DNA of 64,000 nt from Longimicrobiales bacterium (lineage in GTDB: Bacteria; Gemmatimonadota; Gemmatimonadetes; Longimicrobiales; Gaopeijiaceae), in assembly GCA_965219445.1 (NCBI GenBank), contig CBDCNQ010000005.1, positions 1,024,001 to 1,088,000 on the forward strand. The letters run 5' to 3'. The notes below the pieces were generated by a model. It searched no databases. It was not told where the DNA came from and was given only the letters and a program-made list of their open reading frames with translations. The position numbers were made by a program, and so were the translations under genes. This document shows, one piece after another, positions 34,882-45,800 of this stretch. How positions within the stretch are numbered: the stretch's first letter is position 1; each line of letters begins with the position of its first letter.

Positions 34882-35550
34882 ATGAACCGAGAACACGATG
34901 CCGGCCGCGAATACGCGGAAATCTGGGGCGAGACCGTCGAGGCGAACCGAAAGCTCCGGACGCTGGCGATGATCCTCGCCGCCGCGTGCCTCGCGCTCGC
35001 CGTGCTGCTCCTCCGCATCGCGACCGTCGAGCCGCCCCGCCCGATCGTGGTGCGGGTCGACGAGGTCGGCCGCGCCGAGGCCGTGGCCTACGAGGCCGCA
35101 ACGGCGCAGGCGGATCCGCTCGATCCCACGACCAAGTACTTTCTGAACCGGTTCATCTCCGACTTTTATTCGCGGCGACGGGCGACGGTCGAGGAGCACT
35201 GGACCCGGAGCCTCCGCTTCCTCTCGACCGAGCTGGCGAACGCCGCGTTCACGAGGGACGGCGCCGAGGTCGCCGCCATGGCGGCCGGCACCTCCGACAC
35301 CGAGCGCCAGGTCGAGCAAGTCGTGCTCCGCATCCACCCCGCACCGGAGGCTCCGCACGGCGCGACCGCCGACTTCGATCTCGTGCACCTGAGGCAGGGG
35401 CAGGAGACCCTGAGGGAGCGGTGGTCGCTCACGCTCCGGTTCACGTTTCTCACCGTCATCCCCTCCGAGCTCGTCGTCTACAACCCGATGGGCATCCTGA
35501 TCACCTACCTTCAGGCCGACCGGGCCCTGGTCACGGAGCCGCCCAGGTGA
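34882..35550 (+). CDS. virB8: VirB8/TrbF-like protein
   Basis: Single TM, PIVVRVDEVG, C-terminal NPMGILIT. Confidence 0.85.
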   Translation: MNREHDAGREYAEIWGETVEANRKLRTLAMILAAACLALAVLLLRIATVEPPRPIVVRVDEVGRAEAVAYEAATAQADPLDPTTKYFLNRFISDFYSRRRATVEEHWTRSLRFLSTELANAAFTRDGAEVAAMAAGTSDTERQVEQVVLRIHPAPEAPHGATADFDLVHLRQGQETLRERWSLTLRFTFLTVIPSELVVYNPMGILITYLQADRALVTEPPR

Positions 35551-36482
35551 TCGCGCATCTGCGGGGACGGGAAGCGGCGCTCGAGCCGTTCGGTTGGACG
35601 GGACGCCAGGCCGAGTGGATCGCGCTGGCCTGTCTCCACAGCGGCGTGTTCACCCGCGCCCAGCTCTCCGCCTATCTACGGATCGATCGCTGGCAGGCTC
35701 TTCGGTTCGTCCGGGCCATGTCGGAGCGAAGGCTGGCAGCCGACGAGACACTGGAAGGCCGGAAAGTCTGCCGGATCTGCGGGCGCGGGATCTACCGCGC
35801 GCTCGGCGCCGAGGACATCCGCCACCGCCGGGCTGCTTCCGATGAAGTGCTCCTGCGGCGCCTGCTCTCGCTCGACTACGTGCTCGAGCACACCGGCTTG
35901 TCGTGGCTGCCCACCGAGATGGAGAAGGTCGGCGCGTTCGAGGCGCTCGGCATCGAGCGCCGGCTCCTGCCCTCGCGGCTCTACCGCGGAGCCGCCGGCA
36001 ACACGCGGCGTTACTTCCCAGTCAAGCTGCCGGTCGCGCTCGAAGCCGAGCGCGCCGTGTTCGTCTACGTCGATCCCGGACACGATACCACGACGGCGCT
36101 CCGCTCGTGGGGCGAAGCGCACCTGGGCCTCTGGCAAGCGCTGCGGGAGCGCGGCCGATCCATCGAGGTCGTCGCCGTCGTCCGCACCCGGAAGGAAATG
36201 GACCGAGCCGGGACGATCCTCGAGAACTGGACCAACACATCTACAGCATCCGGCCCCTCCGCCGCTCCGGAACCCGACAGTGCGGCTCGCCGCGAGATCG
36301 CCCGAATCGAGCAGGCCATCCGCGCCAAGGATGAGCGGGTGCTCAAAGAGTATGGCGACCTGCAGGCCTGCCTCAAGCGGATCGTTGAGCTGAACGACGT
36401 CCACCGATCCTCGACTCCCGGAACGTTGATCCACGGCTTCGCGACATGGCGCTCGAGACGGCTCCCTGGAGGTGGATTTTGA
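35547..36482 (+). CDS. Hypothetical wHTH-containing protein within the T4SS operon
   Basis: GTG overlaps the virB8 stop; GWTGRQAEWIALACLHSGVFTRAQL N-terminus. Confidence 0.7.
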   Translation: MIAHLRGREAALEPFGWTGRQAEWIALACLHSGVFTRAQLSAYLRIDRWQALRFVRAMSERRLAADETLEGRKVCRICGRGIYRALGAEDIRHRRAASDEVLLRRLLSLDYVLEHTGLSWLPTEMEKVGAFEALGIERRLLPSRLYRGAAGNTRRYFPVKLPVALEAERAVFVYVDPGHDTTTALRSWGEAHLGLWQALRERGRSIEVVAVVRTRKEMDRAGTILENWTNTSTASGPSAAPEPDSAARREIARIEQAIRAKDERVLKEYGDLQACLKRIVELNDVHRSSTPGTLIHGFATWRSRRLPGGGF

Positions 36483-36786
36483 ACGCGGATCGGCGAGGGT
36501 CGGTGCTGATCGGCGAGTGCACAACAGACAACGGGGTGCATGTGCACCGAAACGCCATTTTCATGTGCGCGCCAGCGCTTCCTTATGTGGCTGCCTGTCT
36601 TACAGTTGCGGCACGGCCGCCGGAGCTGCGACGCCGCTCCGGAGCTTTCGGCCGAAGAAGGGAGCGACCCCCCCTTTCGGGATGCCTCGATCGGCATCGG
36701 GGAGGGTGCGCATGTGCACGCCCATGCCACCCTCCCACGGGGGGTCGCTCCCAGCCATGGATCCCTACGGGAAGGTTGTCAGAGCG

Positions 36787-38832
36787 ATGCTGAGGCCGGC
36801 GACGCTCGTCCTCATGGGCCTCGCCGCGGCGGCCGCGATCGCCCACGCCTTGTGGGCGCCGTTTCCCGCCAGCGGCGGCAACCCCGTGCTGGACTTGATC
36901 GCCTACCACGATCCGGGCTTCCACACGGTGATCCGCGTCTGGTACTACGCGGCGCCCGCCGTCGCCGTGGTGCTCTTCGGCAGCCTCGGCCTCTCGGTCT
37001 GGAGAGTCTGGCTGCAGCCCAGGGCGGGAGGCGGCAGCAAGGGCAAGCTGCCTCCGTGGCCCGTGTCGCCGAACGACGCGGCACCCTCGCTCGTGATCGG
37101 CGAGCTGCACCACCCGACCGTTCCGTGCGAGAGCGAGCGGCCCTCCTGGCTCGTGATCCCAGAGACGGGCCTCTACACCGGCGTCCTCATCGTCGGCGCC
37201 GTGGGCTCCGGCAAGACCTCGGCCTGCATGCACCCGTTCGCCGAGCAGCTCCTCTCCTGGCAGGCCGACCGGCCCGCACGCCGGGCCAGCGCCTTGGTGC
37301 TAGAGGTCAAGGGCGACTTCTGCCACGACGTGCGGAGGATCCTCGAGAACGCCGGCCGCGCGGACGACTACCTGGAGATCGGCCTCGACGGCGCCTGGCA
37401 GTGGAACCCGCTCGACGATCCGCTGCTCGACACTTACTCGCTCGCCTACAGCGTCTCATCCCTGATCAACCAGCTCTTCGGCAAGAGCCGCGAACCGTTC
37501 TGGCAGCAAGCCTACACGAACCTCGTGCGCTGGATCATCGAACTGTACCGGCTCCTGCCGGGGGGCTGGGTCACGCTGCAGGACGTCTACCGCTGCACGA
37601 TCGACGCGGAGCTGTTCGCCGAGAGAATCCGCGCGGCCCAGGACCTGGTGGCTGAGGCGTGCCCGGCGCGCGTCGTCATCTCCCACGACGACATGATCGG
37701 CCATCCGGAAGCGCTGAATGACTGGGTCTGGATATATACCTCCGGTGAGGACACGGTGACGTGCCGGCTCGACCCGGTCCTCCGGGATCGGCTCGCCGAG
37801 CTCAAGATCCCGTTCGAGACCGAGGAAGGCGAGAGCGGCGCAGGCAGCGAACTCAGGGACCAGGTGGAGGCGATCGAGCGCTGGTACCTGAACGATTGGA
37901 TGGCACTCGATGCCAAGCTCCGCACTTCGATCGTGGAAGGCATCTCGGTCTTCCTGTCGCTGTTCGATCAGCCGCGAGTCGCGAGCATGTTCTGTCCGCC
38001 GCCTCCGGAGCCGGATGAATCTACATCTATACATATAGGTGACGGTGCGCCCGGCGAGGACGACGCGGCCGTCCGGCCCGTGCCGGGCCTACGCCGCCGG
38101 CTGCCGCCGCTCACGGAGCTGATCGAAGGGGGCCGGGTCCTGGCCCTCAACATGCCCGCGGGCGCGAACCCGGCGCTCGGCCGCGCTATCGGCGTGCTCC
38201 TGAAGAACGCCTGGATGCAGGCGCTGCTCCGGCGGCCCGCCGAGCTCGCGCGCCGGCCCGGACGCTACCTCCGGCCCGCCGTGTTCATCTGCGACGAGTA
38301 CCAGGCGTTCGCCACCGTGGGACAGGACGACCCCGCTGGCGACGAGAAGGCGTTCGCGCTGACGCGGCAATGCCGCTGCATCCCGATCGTCGCGACGCAG
38401 TCGATCTCCTCGCTCCGCTCCGTGCTGTCGGGCACGGAGGCGTGGCGCACCCTGGTCCAGACGCTCCGCACCCGGATCTTCCTGTCCTTGAGCGACGAGT
38501 CCTCGGCCAGGATCGCCTCGGAGATGTGCGGCAGCGTCATGAAGACGCAGCCCTCCTACACGTTCACCGAGACCACGGGACGCCCCGAGTTCTCGCTCTT
38601 GTCCGGGCGAGCCGGAGGCGGACGGGGCACGATCGGCGCGAGCAAGTCGTTCCGGCAGGCACGGGAGCCGGTGTTCACGCCTCGGGACTTCAGCCTCCTC
38701 GCCAACTATCAGGCGATCTGCTTGCCCTACGATGGTACGAAGTCCCTGCCGGCCCGGCGCGTCTATCTGAAGCCCCACTACCTGCCGCGCGAGAGGGGCT
38801 ACTGGCGCCTTCGCGAGGAGGGCCGCCTATGA
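36787..38832 (+). CDS. virD4: Type IV coupling protein (VirD4/TraD-like)
   Basis: Two N-terminal TMs, IVGAVGSGKT, EVKGD, WNPL, FICDEYQ, VATQS. Confidence 0.85.
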   Translation: MLRPATLVLMGLAAAAAIAHALWAPFPASGGNPVLDLIAYHDPGFHTVIRVWYYAAPAVAVVLFGSLGLSVWRVWLQPRAGGGSKGKLPPWPVSPNDAAPSLVIGELHHPTVPCESERPSWLVIPETGLYTGVLIVGAVGSGKTSACMHPFAEQLLSWQADRPARRASALVLEVKGDFCHDVRRILENAGRADDYLEIGLDGAWQWNPLDDPLLDTYSLAYSVSSLINQLFGKSREPFWQQAYTNLVRWIIELYRLLPGGWVTLQDVYRCTIDAELFAERIRAAQDLVAEACPARVVISHDDMIGHPEALNDWVWIYTSGEDTVTCRLDPVLRDRLAELKIPFETEEGESGAGSELRDQVEAIERWYLNDWMALDAKLRTSIVEGISVFLSLFDQPRVASMFCPPPPEPDESTSIHIGDGAPGEDDAAVRPVPGLRRRLPPLTELIEGGRVLALNMPAGANPALGRAIGVLLKNAWMQALLRRPAELARRPGRYLRPAVFICDEYQAFATVGQDDPAGDEKAFALTRQCRCIPIVATQSISSLRSVLSGTEAWRTLVQTLRTRIFLSLSDESSARIASEMCGSVMKTQPSYTFTETTGRPEFSLLSGRAGGGRGTIGASKSFRQAREPVFTPRDFSLLANYQAICLPYDGTKSLPARRVYLKPHYLPRERGYWRLREEGRL

Positions 38833-39812
38833 AGCGCGCGAGCGGGATCGGGCATCTGAAGCCGTTCCTGCCCGGACTCGAGGCCGTGCTCGAAGATCCG
38901 GAGGTCTCCGAGCTGATGATCAACGGCCCCGGCAACGTCTGGGTCGAACGCAGCGGGGAGCTCGAGCCCATCGAGACACCGGCGCTCACCGCCGCCGCGC
39001 TCCACCGGGCGGCCATCCACATCGCGCGCCCGCTCGGGCTCGATCCGGCCACACGGCCCATCCTCGACGCGCGGCTCGACGACGGCTCCCGCGTGGCCAT
39101 CTGCACTCCGCCCGCCAGCCCCCACGTGGCTATGACGATCCGCCGGTTCGGGGGCCGTGCGTTCTCTGCCGCCGACCTCGTCAGCCTGGGCTCCCTTCCC
39201 GAGGAGGTGTTCCGCGCTGCCCGGAGCGCGCTGCGGGCTCGGCGCAACATCCTGGTCTCCGGAGGCACCGGCTCGGGGAAGACCACGCTGCTGAACGCGC
39301 TGATCGAGCTGCTCCCCGAGGAGGAGCGGATCGTGGCCATCGAGGACACGCTCGAGCTCCGGATCGACCGGACCAACTGCCTGCGCTTCGAGGCCGGGGC
39401 GGTGGGCTCCGAGGCGCCCGTGTCGATCCGCGACCTGGTCCGCCACGCGCTCCGCCACCGGCCCGACCACATCGTCGTCGGCGAGGTCAGGGGCGGCGAG
39501 GCCGCCGATCTGCTGCAGGCGCTGAACACGGGCCACGGCGGATCGCTCACCACCGTGCACGCCAACAACGCCCGCTCGGCGCTCTCGCGCCTGGCCAGCT
39601 GCGCCATGCAGGCCGGAGGGGCGCTCCCCTGGGAGGTGACCTGCCGGGGCGTGGTCGACGGCATCCATCTCGTCGTCCACATGACCCGGCGAGGGGGCCG
39701 ACGGTTCGTCGAGGAGGCGATCGGGGTCCGGAGCTACGACTCGGCTGCCAATCGCTGGCTCACGGAGACGATATGGAGGAAGGACGATGAAGAACAAACA
39801 GAAAAGGAGTGA
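38829..39812 (+). CDS. virB11: VirB11/TrbB/CpaF secretion ATPase
   Basis: SGGTGSGKTT, IEDTLEL, LRHRPDHIVVGEVRGGEA, NTGHGGSLTTVHAN. Confidence 0.93.
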   Translation: MKRASGIGHLKPFLPGLEAVLEDPEVSELMINGPGNVWVERSGELEPIETPALTAAALHRAAIHIARPLGLDPATRPILDARLDDGSRVAICTPPASPHVAMTIRRFGGRAFSAADLVSLGSLPEEVFRAARSALRARRNILVSGGTGSGKTTLLNALIELLPEEERIVAIEDTLELRIDRTNCLRFEAGAVGSEAPVSIRDLVRHALRHRPDHIVVGEVRGGEAADLLQALNTGHGGSLTTVHANNARSALSRLASCAMQAGGALPWEVTCRGVVDGIHLVVHMTRRGGRRFVEEAIGVRSYDSAANRWLTETIWRKDDEEQTEKE

Positions 39813-39816
39813 GGCC

Positions 39817-40017
39817 ATGGAAAGCGACGAAAAGATCGTCCGCGTCGAGTCGCTCGACGACTTCGACCGCGAGCTCGCGCGGGACGGCGGTGAGGCCCTT
39901 GAGGTGCCAGCATCGCTGGCCGAGCAGTACGGCCTCTTCTCCGAGGACGTGGGCACCGAGGACGAGATCCGAGACGCCTCGGAGGATCCGCACGGCCCCG
40001 AGGAGGAAGAGCTATGA
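39817..40017 (+). CDS. Small acidic hypothetical protein
   Basis: 66 aa, D/E-rich, has RBS, overlaps the ardC start. Confidence 0.55.
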   Translation: MESDEKIVRVESLDDFDRELARDGGEALEVPASLAEQYGLFSEDVGTEDEIRDASEDPHGPEEEEL

Positions 40018-41048
40018 AACACGACGAATATCACCGCCAGTTCGCCGATGCGATCATCGAGCAGATCCGCCAGGGCACGGCACCGTGGCAGAAGCCCTGG
40101 GGACCGGGCGAGCGCGTGCTCCCCGCGAACGTCGATACGGGACGCTCCTACTCGGGCGGCAACAGCCTGCACCTGGCCGCCGTGGCCCAGTCACGCGGCT
40201 ACGCCGACGTCCGCTGGGGAACCTACCTCCAGATCCAGGCCCGGGACGGCCAGGTGCGGAAAGGCGAGCAGGGCACCCGCATCCTCTCATTCCAGGACCA
40301 CCGGAAGATCGCCGTCACCGACGAGCGCGGCCGGCCCGTCAGGGACAACGAAGGCAAGCGCGTCTACCGCCACGAGCGGCTCCCCACGCCCGTCGTCCGG
40401 CAGTACACCGTCTTCAACGCCGGGCAGGCCGACGGACTGCCGGCTCGGCCCACGCCCACTGCCGAGCCGCTCTGGAAGGTGCACCAGCAGGCCGAGAGGG
40501 TGCTGGAAGACAGCGGAGTCCCCGTCCGCCACGTGGCGGGAGACCGGGCGTTCTACAACCTGAACCGCGACGAGATCGTGCTCCCCGAGCGCGTGCAGTT
40601 CCCCTCGGCCAACCACTACTACCAGACCGCCCTGCACGAGCTGGGGCACAGCACCGGCCATCCGGAACGGATGAACCGCCCAACGCTGATCGAAGGGATC
40701 GGCGAAGGGTTCGGCTCACCGGCCTATGCGAAGGAGGAGCTACGGGCGGAGATCAGCGCAATGATGACGGGCGAGCGCGTGGGCGTCGGCCACGACCCGA
40801 GCCGGGGGGCCGCCTACGTCGAGGGCTGGATCCAGGCGCTCGAAGAAGATCCCCGGGAGATCCGCCGCGCCGCGGCCGACGCGCAGAAGATCTCCGACTT
40901 CGTGCTCACCCGAAGCCGCGAGCGCGCGGCCGAGCGCGAGCCCACTCCGGTGGCCGTGGCCGCGTCCCGCGCGCCCGCGCCCGGCCGCGCCGTTCACCCC
41001 GCGCCGCCGCTTCCGACGCCTGAGCGTAGCTTCGGGCCGCGCCGCTGA
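40014..41048 (+). CDS. ardC: ArdC-like ssDNA-binding/zincin antirestriction protein
   Basis: PWQKPW, YSGGN, WGTY.QI, VRKGE, YTVFN, LHELGHSTGH, YAKEELRAE. Confidence 0.92.
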   Translation: MKHDEYHRQFADAIIEQIRQGTAPWQKPWGPGERVLPANVDTGRSYSGGNSLHLAAVAQSRGYADVRWGTYLQIQARDGQVRKGEQGTRILSFQDHRKIAVTDERGRPVRDNEGKRVYRHERLPTPVVRQYTVFNAGQADGLPARPTPTAEPLWKVHQQAERVLEDSGVPVRHVAGDRAFYNLNRDEIVLPERVQFPSANHYYQTALHELGHSTGHPERMNRPTLIEGIGEGFGSPAYAKEELRAEISAMMTGERVGVGHDPSRGAAYVEGWIQALEEDPREIRRAAADAQKISDFVLTRSRERAAEREPTPVAVAASRAPAPGRAVHPAPPLPTPERSFGPRR

Positions 41049-41071
41049 CGAGAGGGGGAGGAGCCGAGGAG

Positions 41072-41959
41072 ATGCTCGACCGCACGATCGAACCGGACCC
41101 GCGTCCCGCCGCGCCACCCAGCCGCGCGAACCAACGCATGCGGAACGGCCATCGCCGAGAATACGACGCGAGCCGGGACCGCGGGTCCACCTCCTTCAGA
41201 GAACGGTGCCGTGGGGCGCTCGCCGACATCGGCATCTACGGCGCCGTCTCGTACCGCGATCTCGCCGAGGCTCGCTTCGGCGGCCATCCCTACACCACGC
41301 GGCGGGCGGTGAACGCCTGGACCCGCGAAGGGCTCGCCAAGGAGTCCACGGCCAAGGGGCCAAAGGGAAGGCCGTTCAAGGTCCTGACGCTCACGCGCAA
41401 GGGAGCGGCCGCCATCCGCGACCTGGACGCCGGGCACGGCCTGGACCCCGGACAGCACATAAGGTCCGCCGCTCGCCTCCTCCAACACGCCCAGCTCGCA
41501 CACGACACGGCCATCTACCGGGCCTGCGGCCGCGAACGCCAACGCCTGATCGAGCGGGGCGCCGCCATCCGGCGCGTACGGCTCGACGGCGAGCTCAAGA
41601 GCGCTGTCGCGCGCGGGAGCGAGTCCGCGCGGGCGAGAAACGGTCGCCGGGCCGCGGACGCCGAGCGGCACCGTGTCGCCGGAGAGCTCGGCCTCCCCAT
41701 CGACGCCCAAGGTCGGGTGCTCTACCCCGATGCGCAGATCCAGTACGTCGATGCCGAGGGGCACACCGGCCGTGTCAACATCGAGGTCGCATCGGGGCAC
41801 TACCGCCAGGGATCTGTCCGGGCCAAGGCAGCGGCCGGGTTCCGGATGCACGCCAACGGGCCGGCCGGAGCGCGGGTGCTTAGGGCGCTCGGCTGCGAGG
41901 ATCATGGCTCCTCCCTACGGGGTCCGGCCGAGCGGGACCCGGCCGCGATCGAGCTCTAG
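41072..41959 (+). CDS. wHTH + PD-(D/E)XK-like protein (Replic_Relax-like), candidate relaxase/initiator
   Basis: wHTH (..LTLTRKG), LAHDTAI, YPDAQI...VNIEVASGHY. Confidence 0.55.
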   Translation: MLDRTIEPDPRPAAPPSRANQRMRNGHRREYDASRDRGSTSFRERCRGALADIGIYGAVSYRDLAEARFGGHPYTTRRAVNAWTREGLAKESTAKGPKGRPFKVLTLTRKGAAAIRDLDAGHGLDPGQHIRSAARLLQHAQLAHDTAIYRACGRERQRLIERGAAIRRVRLDGELKSAVARGSESARARNGRRAADAERHRVAGELGLPIDAQGRVLYPDAQIQYVDAEGHTGRVNIEVASGHYRQGSVRAKAAAGFRMHANGPAGARVLRALGCEDHGSSLRGPAERDPAAIEL

Positions 41960-41968
41960 CACACCCCC

Positions 41969-42283
41969 ATGCAACCCTGGCGTATCAGCGCCGGCCTCAG
42001 CGCCGCACTTGTCGGCTCGGGCGTCCTCCTCGCCGGGTCGCGCCTCGAGTATCTCGCGCCGTTCTGGCCACTGATCCTGGCGGACCACGGCGTTCCAATT
42101 GCCTTCCACCTGGCATTGGCGCTGGCCGCCGTCTTGGCCGCCCTCTACGCCGTCGCGCGCGCCGCAGGGCTCGCCGATCTGGGACGCCGCGTCGATCTCG
42201 CCGAGCGCTCCGTCCGGCGCGGCGAGGGCGATCCGGAACTCGCCCGCGCCCTCAAGAGGGACGCCGAGGGCGACTGGGACTGA
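41969..42283 (+). CDS. Small membrane protein
   Basis: 104 aa with two hydrophobic segments; last gene of the operon. Confidence 0.6.
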   Translation: MQPWRISAGLSAALVGSGVLLAGSRLEYLAPFWPLILADHGVPIAFHLALALAAVLAALYAVARAAGLADLGRRVDLAERSVRRGEGDPELARALKRDAEGDWD

Positions 42284-42600
42284 AGCCAAGCCGATCGCGC
42301 GAAACGGTTGCCTGATTCTCCGGCTGTCAGCCTCCTCATCCCACTCGACACTCGCTTGACCCGAGCGGTCCCGGATTTGCCCGGCCTGTCGTAGCTTCAC
42401 AGCAAAGCAACTCACCTCTTCTGTACCATCACTAGAAGAGCACGTAACATGGGATGGACGTAATGAATCATTCTCGAAGGGTTCGCGAGTGAACTCGGTG
42501 GACCGGCGAGCGACTGTCATGGTGAAGGAAACCGCATCCATGCCCGACTCTCTCAATAGAAGGCCCTTGACAACGGCCGGCTCGGTACTATTCCACATTA

Positions 42601-42746
42601 GGAGCCGGGAGCCGGGAGCCGGGAGCCGGGAGCCGGGAGCCGGGAGCCGGGAGCCGGGAGCCGGGAGCCGGGAGCCGGGAGCCGGGAGCCGGGAGCCGGG
42701 AGCCGGGAGCCGGGAGCCGGGAGCCGGGAGCCGGGAGCCGGGAGCC
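42601..42746 (+). repeat. Heptanucleotide tandem repeat (GGAGCCG), 20 full units + 6 bp
   Basis: Perfect repeat read directly from the sequence. Confidence 0.98.
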
Positions 42747-42852
42747 AGGTCGCAGGGGCGCCTCCTCCCGGTCTGACTCACAGTCCTTTCTCGCCGCCCC
42801 CGCCGGGCGGCCGCACGCCGACACTCCCCACCCGCAAGAACGCTCCCGCGAC

Positions 42853-45800
42853 ATGGACCGTCGGCCCGACAGGGGCCGGGGCCGCGACTCCTCCCGAAGA
42901 CGCTTTGCTCGTTCCTTAGCTGCCCTTGCCCGTCGCTCGGCGGCGGGGTTGCTGCTGCTGCTCGTCACACTGCTGACCGTCCCGGCTCAGGCGCAGCAGG
43001 CCGCCGTACCCGGTGCGCCGACTGACCTAACCGCAACTGCGGTAGGCGAGACGACGATCGATCTGGCATGGACTGCGCCCGCGGATAACGGCGGCGATGC
43101 GATCATCGGCTACCAGATCGAGGTGTGGGTCGCTGGCGGCATGCACTGGGCGGTTCTAAAAGACGACACTGAATCCGCCGGCACGGACTACGCGCACACC
43201 GGACTGATGGACGGCCGAACACGGTACTACCGGGTCTCGGCGATCACCTCCGTGGGTGCTGGCGCGACGTCGAACGTCGCGAGCGCAACCACCACGGACA
43301 TGATGGCGCCGCAGTTCTCGGGGAACGCTGGGGATACCAGTGTACCGGTCAACGGCACGGACGTGCTTCTCCAATTCGACGAGAGCCTGGACAGGGGAGC
43401 GGGCCGCGTGCCCCTTGCAAGCGCCTTCACCGTCACTGCCGACGGTGTGGCCATTGCGGTGGACGGCGTGCACGTGGAGGGGAGTGTCGTCCGGCTGGCC
43501 CTGGACGGGGTGATAACAAGGGATCAATCCGTCACGGTGAGCTATCGCGACCCCACGCCCGGCGACGACCCGGCGGCCATTCAGGATTACGCCGGCAACG
43601 ACGCGGAGTCCTTTTCCGATCACACGATCTCGAACGGCAGGAATAAGTCCGTTGTATTGGGGGCGCCGACGAACCTGACAGCGACGGGGGTCAGCGCGAC
43701 GCAGATCGACCTGTCGTGGGAGACGCCGGCCGGGTTCACGCCCACGGGCTACCGGATCGAGGTGTCCACCGACGGCGGCACGACCTGGACCGACCGGGTG
43801 GCCAACACCGGGTCCACCGCCACCGCCTACGCGCACACCGGCCTGACGCTCGGCGACACGCGCCACTACCGGGTCTCGGCCATCCACTTCAGCAACCCGG
43901 CGCTGGCGTCGAACGTCGCCAGCGCCGCCGCCTTCGACACCGCGGATACCACCGCGCCGGCGTTCTTGCGTAACAATGGACTAACCAGAGTGGGCAGCGC
44001 AGGCGGCGCCCTCTTTCTCATTTACAACGAGGATCTCGACGACAGCGCTGGCCGCACGCCCCCCGCCAGCGCCTTTACCGTCACCGCCGACGGCAGCACG
44101 GTCACGGTGACCGAGGCGCAGATACTCGGACAGCTCGTCCGTCTGCTCCTGGATCCGGTGATCACCATTTATCAGACCGTCACGGTGAGCTACCGCGATC
44201 CCACGGTGGGCGACGATGCAGCCGCCATTCAGGACTTCGCCGGCAACGACGCGGCGTCCTTTGCCGATCACACCATCACGAACAACTCCCTCCTACTGGG
44301 CGCGCCGACGAACCTGACGGCGACGGGGGTCAGCGCGACGCAGATCGACCTGTCGTGGGAGGCGCCGGCCGGGTTCACGCCCACGGGCTACCGGATCGAG
44401 GTGTCCGCCAACGGCGGCACGACCTGGACCGATCGGGTGGCCGACACCGAGTCGACCGCCACCGCCTACTCCCACACCGGGCTGACGCTCGGCGACACGC
44501 GCCACTACCGGGTCTCGGCGGTCCTCGGCGACCGGACGGCGCTGGCCTCCAACGTCGCCAGCGCCGCCGCCTTCGACACCGCGGATACCACCGCGCCGGC
44601 GTTCTTGCGTAACAATGGACTAACCAGAGTGGGCAGCGCAGGCGGCGCCCTCTTTCTCATTTACAACGAGGATCTCGACGACAGCGCTGGCCGCACGCCC
44701 CCCGCCAGCGCCTTTACCGTCACCGCCGACGGCAGCACGGTCACGGTGACCGAGGCGCAGATACTCGGACAGCTCGTCCGTCTGCTCCTGGATCCGGTGA
44801 TCACCATTTATCAGACCGTCACGGTGAGCTACCGCGATCCCACGGTGGGCGACGATGCAGCCGCCATTCAGGACTTCGCCGGCAACGACGCGGCGTCCTT
44901 TGCCGATCACACCATCACGAACAACTCCCTCCTACTGGGCGCGCCGACGAACCTGACGGCGACGGCCATCAGCGCGACGCAGATCGACCTGTCGTGGGAG
45001 GCGCCGGCCGGGTTCACGCCCACGGGCTACCGGATCGAGGTGTCCGCCGACGGCGGCACGACCTGGACCGATCGGGTGGCCGACACCGAGTCGACCGCCA
45101 CCGCCTACTCCCACACCGGGCTGACGCTCGGCGACACGCGCCACTACCGGGTCTCGGCGGTCCTCGGCGACCGGACGGCGCTGGCCTCCAACGTCGCCAG
45201 CGCCGCCGCCTTCGACACCGCGGATACCACCGCGCCGGCGTTCTTGCGTAACAATGGACTAACCAGAGTGGGCAGCGCAGGCGGCGCCCTCTTTCTCATT
45301 TACAACGAGGATCTCGACGACAGCGCTGGCCGCACGCCCCCCGCCAGCGCCTTTACCGTCACCGCCGACGGCAGCACGGTCACGGTGACCGAGGCGCAGA
45401 TACTCGGACAGCTCGTCCGTCTGCTCCTGGATCCGGTGATCACCATTTATCAGACCGTCACGGTGAGCTACCGCGATCCCACGGTGGGCGACGATGCAGC
45501 CGCCATTCAGGACTTCGCCGGCAACGACGCGGCGTCCTTTGCCGATCACACCATCACGAACAACTCCCTCCTACTGGGCCCACCGACGAACCTGACGGCG
45601 ACGGCCATCAGCGCGACGCAGATCGACCTGTCGTGGGAGGCGCCGGCCGGGTTCACGCCCACGGGCTACCGGATCGAGGTGTCCGCCGACGGCGGCACGA
45701 CCTGGACCGATCGGGTGGCCGACACCGAGTCGACCGCCACCGCCTACTCCCACACCGGGCTGACGCTCGGCGATACGCGCCACTACCGGGTCTCGGCGGT

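Noticed and set aside
42601..42746. CRISPR array, or the SREPGAG/RLPAPGS repeat ORFs
   Set aside because: No spacers and no cas genes; the ORFs are artefacts of a stop-free heptamer repeat
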